From Octopus bimaculoides (taxonomy: Eukaryota), in NCBI RefSeq assembly GCF_001194135.2, contig NC_068982.1, positions 50,021,839 to 50,085,838 of the forward strand: a stretch of 64,000 bases of DNA. Reading direction: 5' to 3'. The notes beneath the pieces are model-generated. The model did not search any database and was not told where the DNA came from. It saw only the letters and a program-made list of their open reading frames with translations. Numbering within the stretch: the stretch's first letter is position 1; the number at the start of each line of letters is the position of its first letter. The position numbers and the translations under genes were made by a program. Positions 23,924 to 37,251 of this stretch are shown here, in pieces.

Positions 23924-25875
23924 TAAAATCTCACTTCTTCATCAGAACATATCAGGGCAATTTCCATGGAACTAAATTCAGTAGAATCCTTAAATTTTAT
24001 ATTAGATATGAGTATTCTACTCATTCTTGAAAACTTGGGTGAAAATAAATTTGCTATTCTTGACAGGGGAACCTGCAGAAGAGGTAAACTCAGGAAGACA
24101 TGAATCAAAGTAGAGAAATATGAAATTTGGTTGGTGAGTCTCACAGAAGCAATGACAAGTGACCAAAACTTCTGGCGATTTGCTGTGCTCCATAAGACAT
24201 GTGAAGCTAAGTGAAATTGTGGTTGTGGTCAGTGCCAGTGATATGGAAAAGGGACCCATGCTGGTGAAATGTAAAGGACACTCTGGATTTAGGAAGGACA
24301 TCCAGCTGTAGAAACCAAGCCAAAACAGACTTGAGTTTGCTGCAGCTTTCCAGCTTACCAGCTCCAACTAAACCATGTATGGGGGGGGGGTAAGAAGTTT
24401 GCTTCCCAACCACATGGCTTCAGGTTCAGTCCCACTGCAGGGCACCTTGGGCAAGTGTCTTCTAATGACTGAAACAACTAAAAGATAAAAGATATATAGA
24501 CATATATGTGTAGCGGTAGCTAGATAGTTGAATGATCTCCCTTGCAAAAAAGATCATAGAGTAACCTCCCTTTCTCAGTTTCTTGAAGCATCAGTGTCAT
24601 GAGACATGTTTCTTAATTATTCAAGAAGCTTAGTGTTTCTCTTGGAAGTTTCCTGTGCAGATGACACTAACCTACACTTTCTTCACCTTCGGCAGGTAAG
24701 TGTCATCTAGATATAACTTAAACACTTACCATTATATATAAATAAGACCAGAGGCATGGAATACCTCAAAATCAGACATGTCAAGATATCTGGAAAGCGG
24801 AACTCAACCAACTCATTTAACTGCCTGAAAATTCTTTTATTTGTTTCAGTCATTTGACTGCGGTCATGCTGGAGCACTGTCTTCAGTCGAACAAATCGAC
24901 CCCAACACTTACTCTTTGTAAGCCTAGTACTTATCCTATTGGTTTCTTTTGCCGAACTGCTAAGTTACATAAATGTAAACACACCAACATCGGTTGTCAG
25001 GCAATGGTGGGGTTACAAACTCTGACACATAAAGATAGTTGCCATGATTGACCACTAAATCCACAAGTTTTTTTTTTATTCTCTCTGTTTATTTCTTTGT
25101 GTTCCTGTCTGTTGAAAAGCATCAAACTAATACACCTGCTTGTTGTTTATACACCTCTCTTCGTCTTTTGTTTCTCTGTAAATTACAACTACATATATCA
25201 TCATCATTTAACGTCCGCTTTCGATGCTAGCATGGGTTGGACATTTGACTGGGGACTGGCAAAACAGATGGCTACACCAGACTCCAATCTGATCTGGCAG
25301 AGTTTCTACAGCTGGATGCCCTTCCTAACACCAACCACTCCAAGAATGTAATGGGTGCTTTTTACGTGCCGCCGGCACGAGGGCCAGTCTGGCGTACTGG
25401 CAATGGCCACATTCAAGTGGTGTTTTTTATGTGCCACCTGTACAGGAGTCAGTCCAATGTTTTGTTCACATGCCACGGGCACAAGTGCCAGTAAGGCGAA
25501 GCTGGAAACGATCGTGCTCAAATGGTGCTTTTTACATGCCACTGACACGGGAGCAAGACCGCTGCTCTGGCAGTGATCCCACTCGGATGGTGCTGTTAGC
25601 GCACCACTGGCACGGGTGCCAGTCATCAAATTTGGTTCAGTTTCGATCTCACTTGGGCTTCTTTCAGTTTCCGTCTACCAAACCCACTCATAAGGCTTTG
25701 GTTGGCTTGAGGCTACAGTAGAAGACTATTGATCAAGATGCCATGCAGTGGGACTGAACCCAACCCACTCCTGCATCTTCCTTCTCAACAGTAAAGACTG
25801 GTTCTATTAAAACTGATACATTTTCCTGTGCAGGCGACACTATCTTCACCTTCAGCAGGTAAGTGTCATCCAGAT

Positions 25876-26179
25876 CAGTGCTACTCAAAGTGGCGGTCCA
25901 CAGACCAGTGCCAGTCCATCAGCCATCAGCTGCTGGTACGCGGCGAGTTTCCAGAAAAAGAAAGAAACATTATAAAACACTGATAAAATGCTTATGTAAT
26001 ATTGTATTATTTGTTTACAAAATAAATATAAGACGAAAAGAAATTGTCAACTTTTATTATGTTCATTATATATATTGTTTCTGGTATAAATTAATATTAC
26101 TAAGAAATATTACTGGTCCCTGGCACATTGGGAAAAAATAACTACCGGTACGCCACATCAGATAGTTTGAGAAGCACTG
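25876..26179. mobile_element. hAT (Charlie-like) MITE
   Basis: TIRs CAGTGCTACTCAAA / TTTGAGAAGCACTG; 8-bp TSD ATCCAGAT (25868-25875) / ATCTAGAT (26180-26187), fitting the NTCTAGAN target of Charlie-type elements. Confidence 0.82.
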
Positions 26180-27744
26180 ATCTAGATGCAACTTAAACAT
26201 GTACACATTATCTTTCTCTGCTCAGGAACAGCAAACAACTCAAACTATAATCTTTTAAAAAAATAAATCCAGTTTTTTAAATCTCGCATAGACAAGCATC
26301 ATTTTTACATACACAGGATAACACTACAAACATTTTTTTTTTTCCAGCACTTTGAAAAACAGCTAATTCTTAGGAAGTTATTAGGCACATGAGTGAGAAG
26401 GTTGCTTACCAACCAAGTGGTCTTGAGTTCAGTCCTACTTTGTGACACCTTGGGTAAGTGTCTTCTACTATAGCCTCAGGTCAACCAAAGCCATGCGCTG
26501 TGTGCACATGTGTGTGTGTGTGTGTCTGTTTGTCCCCCATTACTTCTTGACAGCTGGTGTTGGTTTGTTTAACCCTTAAGCATTTAAACCAGCCATATCT
26601 GACCCAAAATTTTCTACCTGTTTCTACTGACCAGATTTGGCCTCTACACTTACCTAACAATGTCATTGTAAAGATAAACAAACACATCATTGGAATAACA
26701 AGCTACAAAGCAATGCATGTTTAATTCAAAGGAATCGGAACGAATATGTATTACATTCAACAGAGTAATCTGAATGCTAAAAAGCTACGTCTCTAACTTT
26801 GGGGTTGATTTGTTTGACTGAACTCTTCAAGGTGGTGCCCCAGTATGGCCACAGCCAAACAACTGAAACAAGTAAAAGATAAACAATACTGAAAAGTACT
26901 CATGTGTCTACAGTAGTGACCATATTGTTGATATGAAAGTGTTAAACCACATCCAAATGTTAGAAGTGAATCATGAAGACAGGCTTTCATCAACTAATAA
27001 CACCCCTAAACATGCTAACTGTACACACCAAAATGCCTAATATATTGAGCTAATAAGGGAGAGTTTACAATATCACTTGATCTGCAAGAAACAGTAGCCA
27101 AGTCTCTATCAAATCACACCCTCCTAACTTAAAATAGGACTGAGGTATGAGTATCTAGGATAAGGTAGTCCTGGATATATTATATATCTTAAATAAAGAT
27201 GGGATGATCAAAACTTGGACACATTTAACTCATAAGTTGACCCTGTCACAGCTGACCTAAGGCTAAACAACAACAACTAATACTGATTTCAAATTTTGGC
27301 ATAAGGTCAACAATTTAGGGGGAGGGGTAAGTCGATTACAATGACCCCATTACTCAACTGGTACTTATCGACCTTGAAAGGAGGGAAGGCAAAGTTGACC
27401 CCAGCAGAATTTGAACTCAGAACATACAGATGTACGCTAATGATTCTGTCAGTTTGCCACCTTACAACAACAACTAATATTCTTTCCATGTTGCACAACA
27501 GACCCTACACTAAGCACTTACCCAAACCTTCCTCCCAGCAATGAATTCTCGAAATCTTTTCTTGCCAATGGAACTGCATCGGACTGGAAATTTTTCTAGC
27601 TGCTATCTTGAAAAAAGTCAAAAGGAATTAACTGCATTAATATTATCCAGTTAATTCTATCCTTAATTTGAGGAGGCTTCAAAAGACTATGTACACATCC
27701 CCCTGTTAAATTAACTATTGAGTATTAAGAACTACCTTCATATA

Positions 27745-29412
27745 CAGCGGTGTTCATAAGTATTCATAACATCTAAAATAAAACTGAATTTTTTAAACAT
27801 TCTTATCACTAATCAGTTTGTAATATTTTTTGTATTTTATTCATTCTATATTAATATGTACAATTTCATTGTACATATTAATATGTTCAATTTCATTATA
27901 TTAATATTAATATGTACAATTATATTATATTCATATGTACAATTACATTAATAGTTAACTATTAATTTATTTTTGTAATGGATAACATTCAAAATTAACA
28001 AAATTCAAGTAATTATAGGACGGCGCGTGTGCAAAATTATTCATAACATTTTGTTTAATAACTTTTTTTGTTTGAAAGTTAATTCAAAAACATTAAATAA
28101 GCTATTATAAATTTTTAAAAATATATATGTAACAATTGATAATTGTTAGTAAAACCTTATATTAGTGTACACGTGATTTGTACATGTGTCAATACTGTCA
28201 TCATTTTTTCCTTGCAATTTCAATTACTATATAAAAAATACTGATAAGAAAAGAAATCAGTGTTGACTTAAGTAAAAAAAATTGTGGAAGTTAACATGTC
28301 TGGTGACAGATACAGGAAGATTTATGAATGATTTTCTTTTAAAGTACTGACTATTCAATCAATTATTAAGAAATATCAAACTGATGGTTGTACGACAAAC
28401 TCATACAAAGGCTGGTGAGACAAATAGAGCATGAAGCAAGGACAACTGCAAAAGAGATCAGTCAGTCAGTCAGCAGGTTGGGCAGCTGAGTATAAATGCT
28501 TCATTATTAACTGCAAGGAGGGCATTGTGGACATTTGGGCTTCACAGGTGCCAAGCAAGAAAATCCTCCCTTCTTGGGCCCTGCCATATTAAGGCTTGAC
28601 TAAACTATGCAAAAAGCATGTTAAACAAACTTGCTCAGTTTTGGTCAAACACTCTGGTTTGATGAGACCAAAATTGAGCTTTTTGGCCACAACAAGAATG
28701 ATACAGTTTGGTAGAAATCTGGACAGGCTTTTCAACCCAAAAACATTTAAGAGAAATTTAATGTTTCGGGAGGTGTTTTTCAACAGCCAACCCAGGATGA
28801 CTAGTTTTCATCAAAGACCAGATGCAAAAGAGGATTCCATCAAAATATTAGACGAGAATCTTCAAGTGTCAGCAGAAAAATTAAAGCTTCATGACAGTTG
28901 GATCTTTCAACAAGGTAATGATCCAAAGCATACATCAAAATCAGCAACTGTCTGACTAAGCGAAAATGATATTGATATTGTGCAATGGTGATCTCAATTG
29001 CCAGACTTGAATCTGACTGGAAATGTTTGGTGCCATTTCAAAGCTCAGATTCAGAAAAGATGCCCAAAAAATCTTAACGTTTTTAGAGACAATTGTGTAT
29101 GAGAAATGGACAAAAATCCTAGTTATACAAAAAAAATTAAATATGGTTATTCATAATAAAGGCTTCGCAATTAGTTATTAAACAAAATGCTATGAATAAT
29201 TTTTCACACATACTATCCTATAATTTTTTGAATTTTGTTAATTTTGATTGTTATCCATTGTAAAAATAAATTAATAATTAAATGAAACAGTGCATATTAA
29301 TTAAGTATAAATAATGTACAAAAGATATTACAAACTGATTAGTGATAGGACAAATACTTTAAAAAATCAATTTTATTCTGAGTGTTATGAATACTTATAA
29401 ACAACACCAGTG
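27745..29412 (+). mobile_element. Decayed Tc1-family transposon with long (about 250-300 bp) IR/DR-type TIRs
   Basis: TA followed by CAGCGGTGTTCATAAGTATTCATAACA, mirrored at the right end, with long inverted homology (e.g. TATCACTAATCAGTTTGTAATAT). Transposase remnants DETKIELFGHN, WIFQQGNDPKHTSK, SQLPDLNL.GNVW. Confidence 0.88.
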
Positions 29413-32400
29413 TGTGTGCATATATATGTATACACACACAACCTAGTGAGAATGAGTGCTCAGCACTGCATTGGTGGATAAATATTCTTTATTTGTGATT
29501 CGCTTAAACAACTGTGGAAATCTCCTTCACATAAAACTATTGGTTGCCTTGTTAATCCACAAATAAAGTCTACACATACAAATATATCTATAAATTTAAT
29601 GCACAATATATGGTTTTATCTCATCTGGTGGTAATCACAAAAAATGCTCCTTTAGTTGACAGGCTACAAACCATATATTAAACCAATACATAGAGGTGTA
29701 ATTAGAGTCATACGCAGCTGAAATGCAGTAAATCCAATTAGTGAAGATTATTTCATGAGGGTTCTGGGTTCAGTCCCACAGCGTGGCACCTTGGGCAAGT
29801 GTCTTCTACTATAGCTTCAGGCCGACCAAAGCCTTGTGAGTGGATTTGGTAGACAGAAACTGAAAGAAGCGTGTGGGGGGGGGGGTACACACACACATAT
29901 ATGTTTGTGTTTGTCCAGACCATTACTTGACAACCAATGTTGATGTGTTTACATCCCCGTAACTTACCAATTCGGCAAAAGAGACCGATAGAATAAGTAC
30001 TAGGCTTACAAAGAATAAGTCCTGGGGTCAATTTGTTTGACTAAAGGTGGTGCTCCAGCATGGCTGCAGTCAAATGGCTGCAGTCAAATGACTGAAAGAA
30101 ATAAAAGAATACACACACACACTATAGTAATTTAGAGGGAAAAAAAAGAAGCAGTGTTCTGGAGTTTTGCAAGCCACCCACACTAGCAAGTTTGACTTAG
30201 CTGATATCTTAAACACTTGTAAGTTGGTTTCTGTAGGGAAAATTTTCAGTGGGAAGAAAAGACTGGGTAAATGTTTGATGTAGATTGGCAAGGTGAGATA
30301 TAAAAAAAGGGTGACGAGAAGAGAGACAAGAAGGCCTGATTGGAAATGATATGTAGATAACTAGTTTAGAGTAGAGAGAAAAGAGGTTGGTAGAAGCATT
30401 TGAGCAGTCATGAGCTAACTGCAACCTGTGCAACTTTCTGAATGACATGCCTAATGAAGAATTACCCATGAGTTTTTTTTTAGCAGTGTGGCCTGCCTGA
30501 TGATGATCCATATCTCAAGCAGCCCACTTCTCAAAAACTGTTGTTAGAGCGTCAAACAAAATGTTTTCTAGTATTTATTCTAGCTTCTTGGATTCCAAGT
30601 TCAGATCTCACTGAGGTCAACTTAGCCTGTCCTCATTCCAAGAGGGTGGGGGTGGGGTCAATAAATAAAGTACCAGTCTAGGTTAGAGAAGTGGCAAAAT
30701 TACTAGAGCATTAGATAGGTTGCATTGCAGTATTTGTCTTGGCTCTTTGTGATCTGAATTCAAATTCTACCATGACTTAATCCATTGTTCAGTTTTAATA
30801 CCACCAGGCTGGACCTTGGATGCCTTTAGCAGAGTCCATTCTGTGGCAGGCTTTCAGACCAGGTCTCCAGTTTGAGGATACCTTTCTCCATCGTTCCCTT
30901 CCATCAGTTTCAGAGGCCCTTGGATTATAGGTGCTACCCTTTTTCCTGACTAAGCAATAAAAAAGTAAAAAGTCACAAGAAACACCATCTGCAGGCACAA
31001 GTCTGGGCAAGGTTGTTTATAGAAGACCAGCAGTCACCCATGCATACCAGTCTCCCCTCTCCATGCCACCGATATTATCCAAGGGAAAGGCAAAGGTTAG
31101 TACAGCTTGGCACCAGTTACATCGCAACTCATTTCTACAGTTGAGTGGACTGGAGCAATGTGAAAAATAGTGTCTTGCTCAAGAACACAACACAGAGCCC
31201 AGTCCGAGAATTGAACTCACTACCTCATGATACTAAGCCCGATGCTCCAACTATAAAGCCATGCACCTTATGGGGATCACTAGAAAAGACCATCAGAAAT
31301 AACGAGACCGCATATTTATAATGACTTTAAAGGTTTTAGCTGTATGTTGTTCACAAGCAGAGAGAAGTGAATTATAAAACTTTTTAAGAAACATATGGTG
31401 ACTGAATCTATCATGTGCTATTGTGACAGATTAGGCTGCCATGTGATCATTGAAGTAGCATCTCAAAATCTCTGATATACATTTTATGAATATCTGCTTT
31501 AACTCCTTTGGTATCATATTCATGGTGAAATGTATTGCCTTTGTTTTAATTAATTTCAAAAGTAATGAAGAATTTAATAAAATAACTTTGTCCTGATTTA
31601 GCTGGTGTTTGGGACATAAATTCACATGAAATTTTGATGGAAAACTTTTAATTTAGATCACTTTAAAACAAAGAAGTTTGTACCATAGAACTAGGAAGCA
31701 GTCTTAGGTAGGTAGATACGAAAAGAGTTGAGATGATTAGCTGGCATCTGGATAACACTTATGTGCAGAATGAGATCATCATCATCGTTTAACATCCGCT
31801 TTCCATGCTAGCATGGGTTGGACGATTTGACTGAGGACTCGTGAAACGGATGGCTGCACCAGGCTCCAGTCTGATCTGACAGAGTTTCTACAGCTGGATG
31901 CCTTTCCTAATGCCAACCACTCCAAGAGTGTAATGGGTCCTTTTACGTACCACTTGCACAAGGGCCACGCTCAAAATGGTGTTTTTTACGTACCACCTGC
32001 ACAGGAGCCAGTCCAGTGGCACTGGCAATGACCTCGTTCGAATGTTTTCTAATGTGCCACCGGCACAAGTGCCAGTAAGGCAACACTGGTAACGATCACG
32101 CTCAAATGGTGCTATTTACATGCCACTGGCACAGAAACTAGACAACTGCTCTGGCAATGATCATGCTGTCAGTGCTCCACTGGCACATGGGTAATATCAT
32201 CTGCATAGAAATAACAGCAGACAATGAATGCTTGACAGAGGAAAACGTCTTCAGTACATGCTACATCACCATCATTTAGTGTCCATTTTCTATGCTAGCA
32301 CGGGCTAGATCGCTTGACTGGAGCTGATAAGCCAGAGAGCTGCACCAGGCTCCAGTCACCTGTTTTGGTTTGGTTTCTATGGCTGATGCTAGTACCAGCG

Positions 32401-35400
32401 GCACGTAAAAAGTACCATTCGAGCATGATCGATGCCAGTGCCATTTGACTGGCTCCCATGCCAGTGGAACTTGAAAAGCACCCACTACACTCTCGGAGTG
32501 GTTGATATTAGGAAGGGCATCCAGCTGTAGAAACCTTACCTGAACAAACTGGAGCCTGATTGCAGCCTCCAGGCTTGCCAGTCCTCAGTCAAACCATCCA
32601 GCCCATGCCAGAATGGAAAGCAGACGTTAAACAATGATGATTATGATGATGATATATTGTTACACCATTCAAAGTTTAGGCAAACTTCATCACCCACTCA
32701 CTCTCTTTCACTCACTCTTTCTCTCTCCCTAAACAAAAATGAAACTCATTTCGGTGCCAAAAACTGCAAAGGGAAAATGTTTTAGTTTTTCAAATCTATT
32801 CTGCTATCTGGGATTATTATATATATTATATCCAGTGATTTTAAGAGGTAGGAAAAAGATATTTTGTTTTAATATTATACTTTTACTTTGTTTCACACAT
32901 ACATACAAACACTCTAATGCATTTCTTTTTTGATGAATTTATCATTTGTTATCTCTTCACACACTTTGTTACCACTAACTTCTATAACCTCTGCATTTTC
33001 ACTTATTCATTTCAAACTTCTTTGAATTTTCAATCTAATGTAATCCACACTCTCNNNNNNNNNNNNNNNNNNNNNNNNNNNNNNNNNNNNNNNNNNNNNN
33101 NNNNNNNNNNNNNNNNNNNNNNNNNNNNNNNNNNNNNNNNNNNNNNNNNNNNNNNNNNNNNNNNNNNNNNNNNNNNNNNNNNNNNNNNNNNNNNNNNNNN
33201 NNNNNNNNNNNNNNNNNNNNNNNNNNNNNNNNNNNNNNNNNNNNNNNNNNNNNNNNNNNNNNNNNNNNNNNNNNNNNNNNNNNNNNNNNNNNNNNNNNNN
33301 NNNNNNNNNNNNNNNNNNNNNNNNNNNNNNNNNNNNNNNNNNNNNNNNNNNNNNNNNNNNNNNNNNNNNNNNNNNNNNNNNTTTTTTTTTTTTTTTTTTT
33401 TTTTTCTTAGTGAAAATCGTGCGGGTGAAAGGATCAAATAATACCAAAATTTGAGCAACAGGTATGGTTTAAATGAACATGGAAAACCTGTAAAACGTAC
33501 TATTGAAAAGGGTTGTATATGTCGAAATGTGAAAAAAAAACTTGGTTGGTAGAATACAGCCGGTAATGTAAGTGCATGTAATTTTAAGGTCCATAAAAGA
33601 GGAAATAGAGCGGAACGAGTAGTGTTGAGGAATGGGGTTAAAAGAACGAGCAGATATAAACGATCCGGCATGGAAAACATGCACCAGCTAATATTATATA
33701 AGGTTATGTTAGAAATCAATATTATATAAGGCTTCATTAAAATAAAGGACACAAGAACAATTCCAACTTGTACATAAGATTTGAAGTATAAAACACCATT
33801 ATTCCATTTTTTAAGTTTATTTTTCGGTTGCTAATTAAATTAGAAATAGATGATAGACGGTGTACGGAAAAGAAAATTTATTTGGCGAGCATAGACATAT
33901 ATCTATTTATTCAAACTTGATAATTCCACTCTTCCTATTTTATTCATTCTGTCAAGTTATAATAGAAAAACTATGATTGTCAAAATTTACCGCCGGTAAG
34001 AAAAAAACATCCGTTTTTAGAGAAATAATATCCTGGAAACGAAAAGTTGTGACATGTCAGTGCTTGATTTACTTCTATCTCGTTTTCTATCAATCGAAGC
34101 ACCGTAATGATTTCGAATTTGGATCGATTTTTTTGCAGAATATAGTGGAAGAAGAAATATAAAAACAATAATGTAGTGGGGAGATCTAATGAGATCAGTT
34201 CAGGTGAGTCTGGAAATAGCAGAAGGTAAAAGTCTTCTATTAAAAATTACCGTCTGCTTCAGTTTGTTATCTAAGACAAAATCGATGAAGACAGAAAAAG
34301 AAAATCTGTAGGTGATCGGTTTTATTTAAAACAAATGATATTACCTATCGAAAATAAGCAATACTATGACCGAAATATTTGTTGATAATTTAACTTCAGC
34401 AATAATATTCGTGTTTTCCCTATGTCAGAGTACATCACTATTTTTGTTTTACCATGTCGACTACATCGAAAACCTATGGATGGGCTGTCAGTTTCTTGAT
34501 AGTTAAAACAATGTACACACGTTTACATATCTCTATAAAGGCTTCCTCAATTTTATTTATGCAGTAATTTTTAAGTTAAGAAACTATTTATCTCCCATAG
34601 AAAATCAATTCAGCATCATTTCCATCATAAATAAGATGGTAAGTTTCGCATCAACAGCAGAGCACCGGATTAAATATTTTACAAGTTTTGAGTTCAAACC
34701 CCACTAAAGTCGATTTTGTTTTCTTCTCCCTCAGAATCAACGAAAAAAAGAAAAAAAATCATCAGGCAGATGCTGGGGCTCGATTCAATCAACTATAGAC
34801 TTGTGTCATTATAAGGAATCCTCATATACATTTGTCATGTAAGAATGACTATAGGCTATATATATATATTCTTTTATATGTTTCAGCCTTGATAAATATG
34901 AGTAAAATCAGGTCCAACTACGAAAGGAAATTTGAGTTTCGAACCCACTTCACTGGGAGTTTACTTTTAATAATCACCGATAATCCTTTTGCATGGAGTT
35001 TTCGAAAAGGAAAGCTAAGCGTGTTGCTAACGCCTGCAGCCAAAGAACTCATGACCCATTAATGCCAAATTAAGAAAGTAGTGAAAGGAATTTATTAAGG
35101 ATAATTTTTCAATCATCTTCTTAGTGTAAGCGTAAGGAAATATACATAGTAAAATAAAGCAGTCCATAAATAGAATAGTGAAATAAACTAGTCTATACAA
35201 AAAATAAAATAATAGCGAAATAAACTAGTTAATAAATAAAATAAAATAAAAATTCCAAATGGAATGTAAAGTAGATTTTTCTGCAAGGGAATGACGGCAA
35301 AACTTTGAATTCTCCACTCCGGTTGTTGGATTGGTCGATATTCAGGTAGATGTAATCCAGAAAGAATTAAATCATTTCTTTAAAGAAGCTTTTCTTTTCT

Positions 35401-36387
35401 TTTCTCTTTCGCTATTCTTGGTTAATTTCGCGTTACGATGGAATTTTTTTTTTTTAATGAGATAATGTAAAAAAAAAAAATTATATATAATATAATACGG
35501 TAAGAAAGTAGTATGCCAAATATAAATCTGGAGAGAGAGGGAGGATGAGAAGGATCAAAAGAATTAAAAACAACATGAGCGAATGAAACAGGCAGCTTAA
35601 GAAAGTTCGTGAAGAAATGAATGAAAAGTTTGTCTCGTTACTTACTCTCCATTTGTGAGAATTTTGAGTTCGATAATTTGTTTCCGAAATGGGTGGCACC
35701 TCCACGTCTTTCTCACATCAAAAGGAAAATTTCCGTAGCACTAGACAAGTAGAGACACATAAAGGGGTACGACCAGTTTCAAAGTGTGTTATCAACATAA
35801 ACACAACTAACGCTGGTAATAGCAACAGGAGAAACTATAAGAGGCCACAAATCACCGGTGACATATTTTCACCGTCCCTCATCACAAAATATTTCACATG
35901 TTCAGATGCACCATTTGTAATTATTTCGTTTTAGTACCACTAATTTCTGTTTTATGTATGTATATGCGCATTTTTTTTTATTATAGAGGAGATTAACGAT
36001 CGCTTTTGCATTGTAAACGTCGTTGTTGTTTCGTTGAATGCGATCACTCTTTCGTATTATATTAATCTATTCGAGGGTGAAAGTTATTTATATCACCGCC
36101 AGACGAAGGTAACACGAGTGTGTTGAATTCAAAACCCGAAAACTTTATTACGATTCCTTATATTAACTACAAATTCAGCGATGTTGCTGTTTCATAACAA
36201 AATTTGCATCGTTTTATTGTTATGAAATCCAGATTTATTAACTGTCATTACTTTTAAAGCCGCCTTGTTGTATGTATACGGTTTTATCTAACTTGCTTGT
36301 CTTCCCATTTAATTTTATAAACAAGATTTATTGATTGATTTGGAAACTAAAACATTTGATTCGAACATTCAAACGATACAGAAAATT

Positions 36388-36446
36388 ATGGATTCTGAAG
36401 TCATTCAAGATTTTAAGAAATATTTCAAGCCTAATTGTCTTTTAAG
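36388..36446 (+). CDS. TSEN54: tRNA-splicing endonuclease subunit Sen54, coding exon 1 (MDSEVIQDFKKYFKPNCLL, phase 2)
   Basis: ATG at 36388 in a CpG-rich region and donor AAG|GTAAAT at 36446/7. The 59-nt exon ends in phase 2 and joins exon 2 in frame (..CLL-S-AEQL.., cf. human ..RVL-S-AREL..). It has little sequence similarity on its own; the assignment rests on frame, phase and position. Confidence 0.72.
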
Positions 36447-36997
36447 GTAAATATTATTTCTTATATTTAGTGATTGGTGTCAGTTTTAAATGTACACATG
36501 TTTAAAATCCAATGTGATCGTTGCTAAACTTTGTTTATATTTTACATTTAATGATCGGTATTTGTTTTAAATGTAAACACGTTTAAAATTTAATGAATCG
36601 CTGATAGACGTTATTTTTGTATTTTGATATGTATAACTTCATACATATAGAGTGTAAAAGCCTTGCAAAGCTACTATTCGAATCACTAAATGTTCTGATT
36701 CGGATGTAATTCTTGACAGGAATGAGCTTTGTTTTAATAATGGGGCTGTTGATGTTTTTCTTATTTGTTATATATATCCACTGTTTTGAGTTACTTGCAT
36801 ATACACTGTCGGATTATCGAAGAAATTGCTTAAACCGTCTGCAAAATTTATTCACCCTGATGCTAAATTTTGAAACCAAGCAGTTATTAAATGATTTGTA
36901 ATTATGATAAAAATCGAATATATATATATGCATACACGTGTGTGTGTGACAAAAAAGCACATTCAGTATGAGTAGCCGTGGTTATATTTTTTACATC

Positions 36998-37165
36998 GTC
37001 GAGCAATATATTGATATTGTTGGTTATGGCCATATAACTGCTCAGACACGGTGGCTTCCGGTTACCATTCCGGAGAGTCGTATATGTTGCCAAGTGGAAA
37101 TGCCCGTATGAAACTGACAACATTCTGACCGGTTAAACGTCGTAACCAGTTATATATTGCTCGAC
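36998..37165. mobile_element. Small putative MITE
   Basis: Inverted repeat GTCGAGCAATATAT (36998-37011) / ATATATTGCTCGAC (37152-37165), with further partial TGGTTA(T/C)G complementarity. TSD unclear. Confidence 0.45.
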
Positions 37166-37251
37166 TAATATATAAATAGGTACAGAACGTACTCTGGGGG
37201 GAATTCAAAAGTGTAACAATGTAAGTGTGTAAAAGTGATCCGCGAATTAAG

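Noticed and set aside
24640-24680. CADDT resembling a reverse-transcriptase YADD motif
   Set aside because: Flanking residues lack other RT motifs and the paralogous copy reads GCGACAC in a different context.
33030-33752. Long track ORFs spanning N gaps or (AT)n/(CA)n/(CT)n arrays (also 3658-3979, 5329-5582, 6087-6467, 10147-10548, 53017-53689, 58370-58596)
   Set aside because: They are open only because of Ns or microsatellites; translations are low-complexity.
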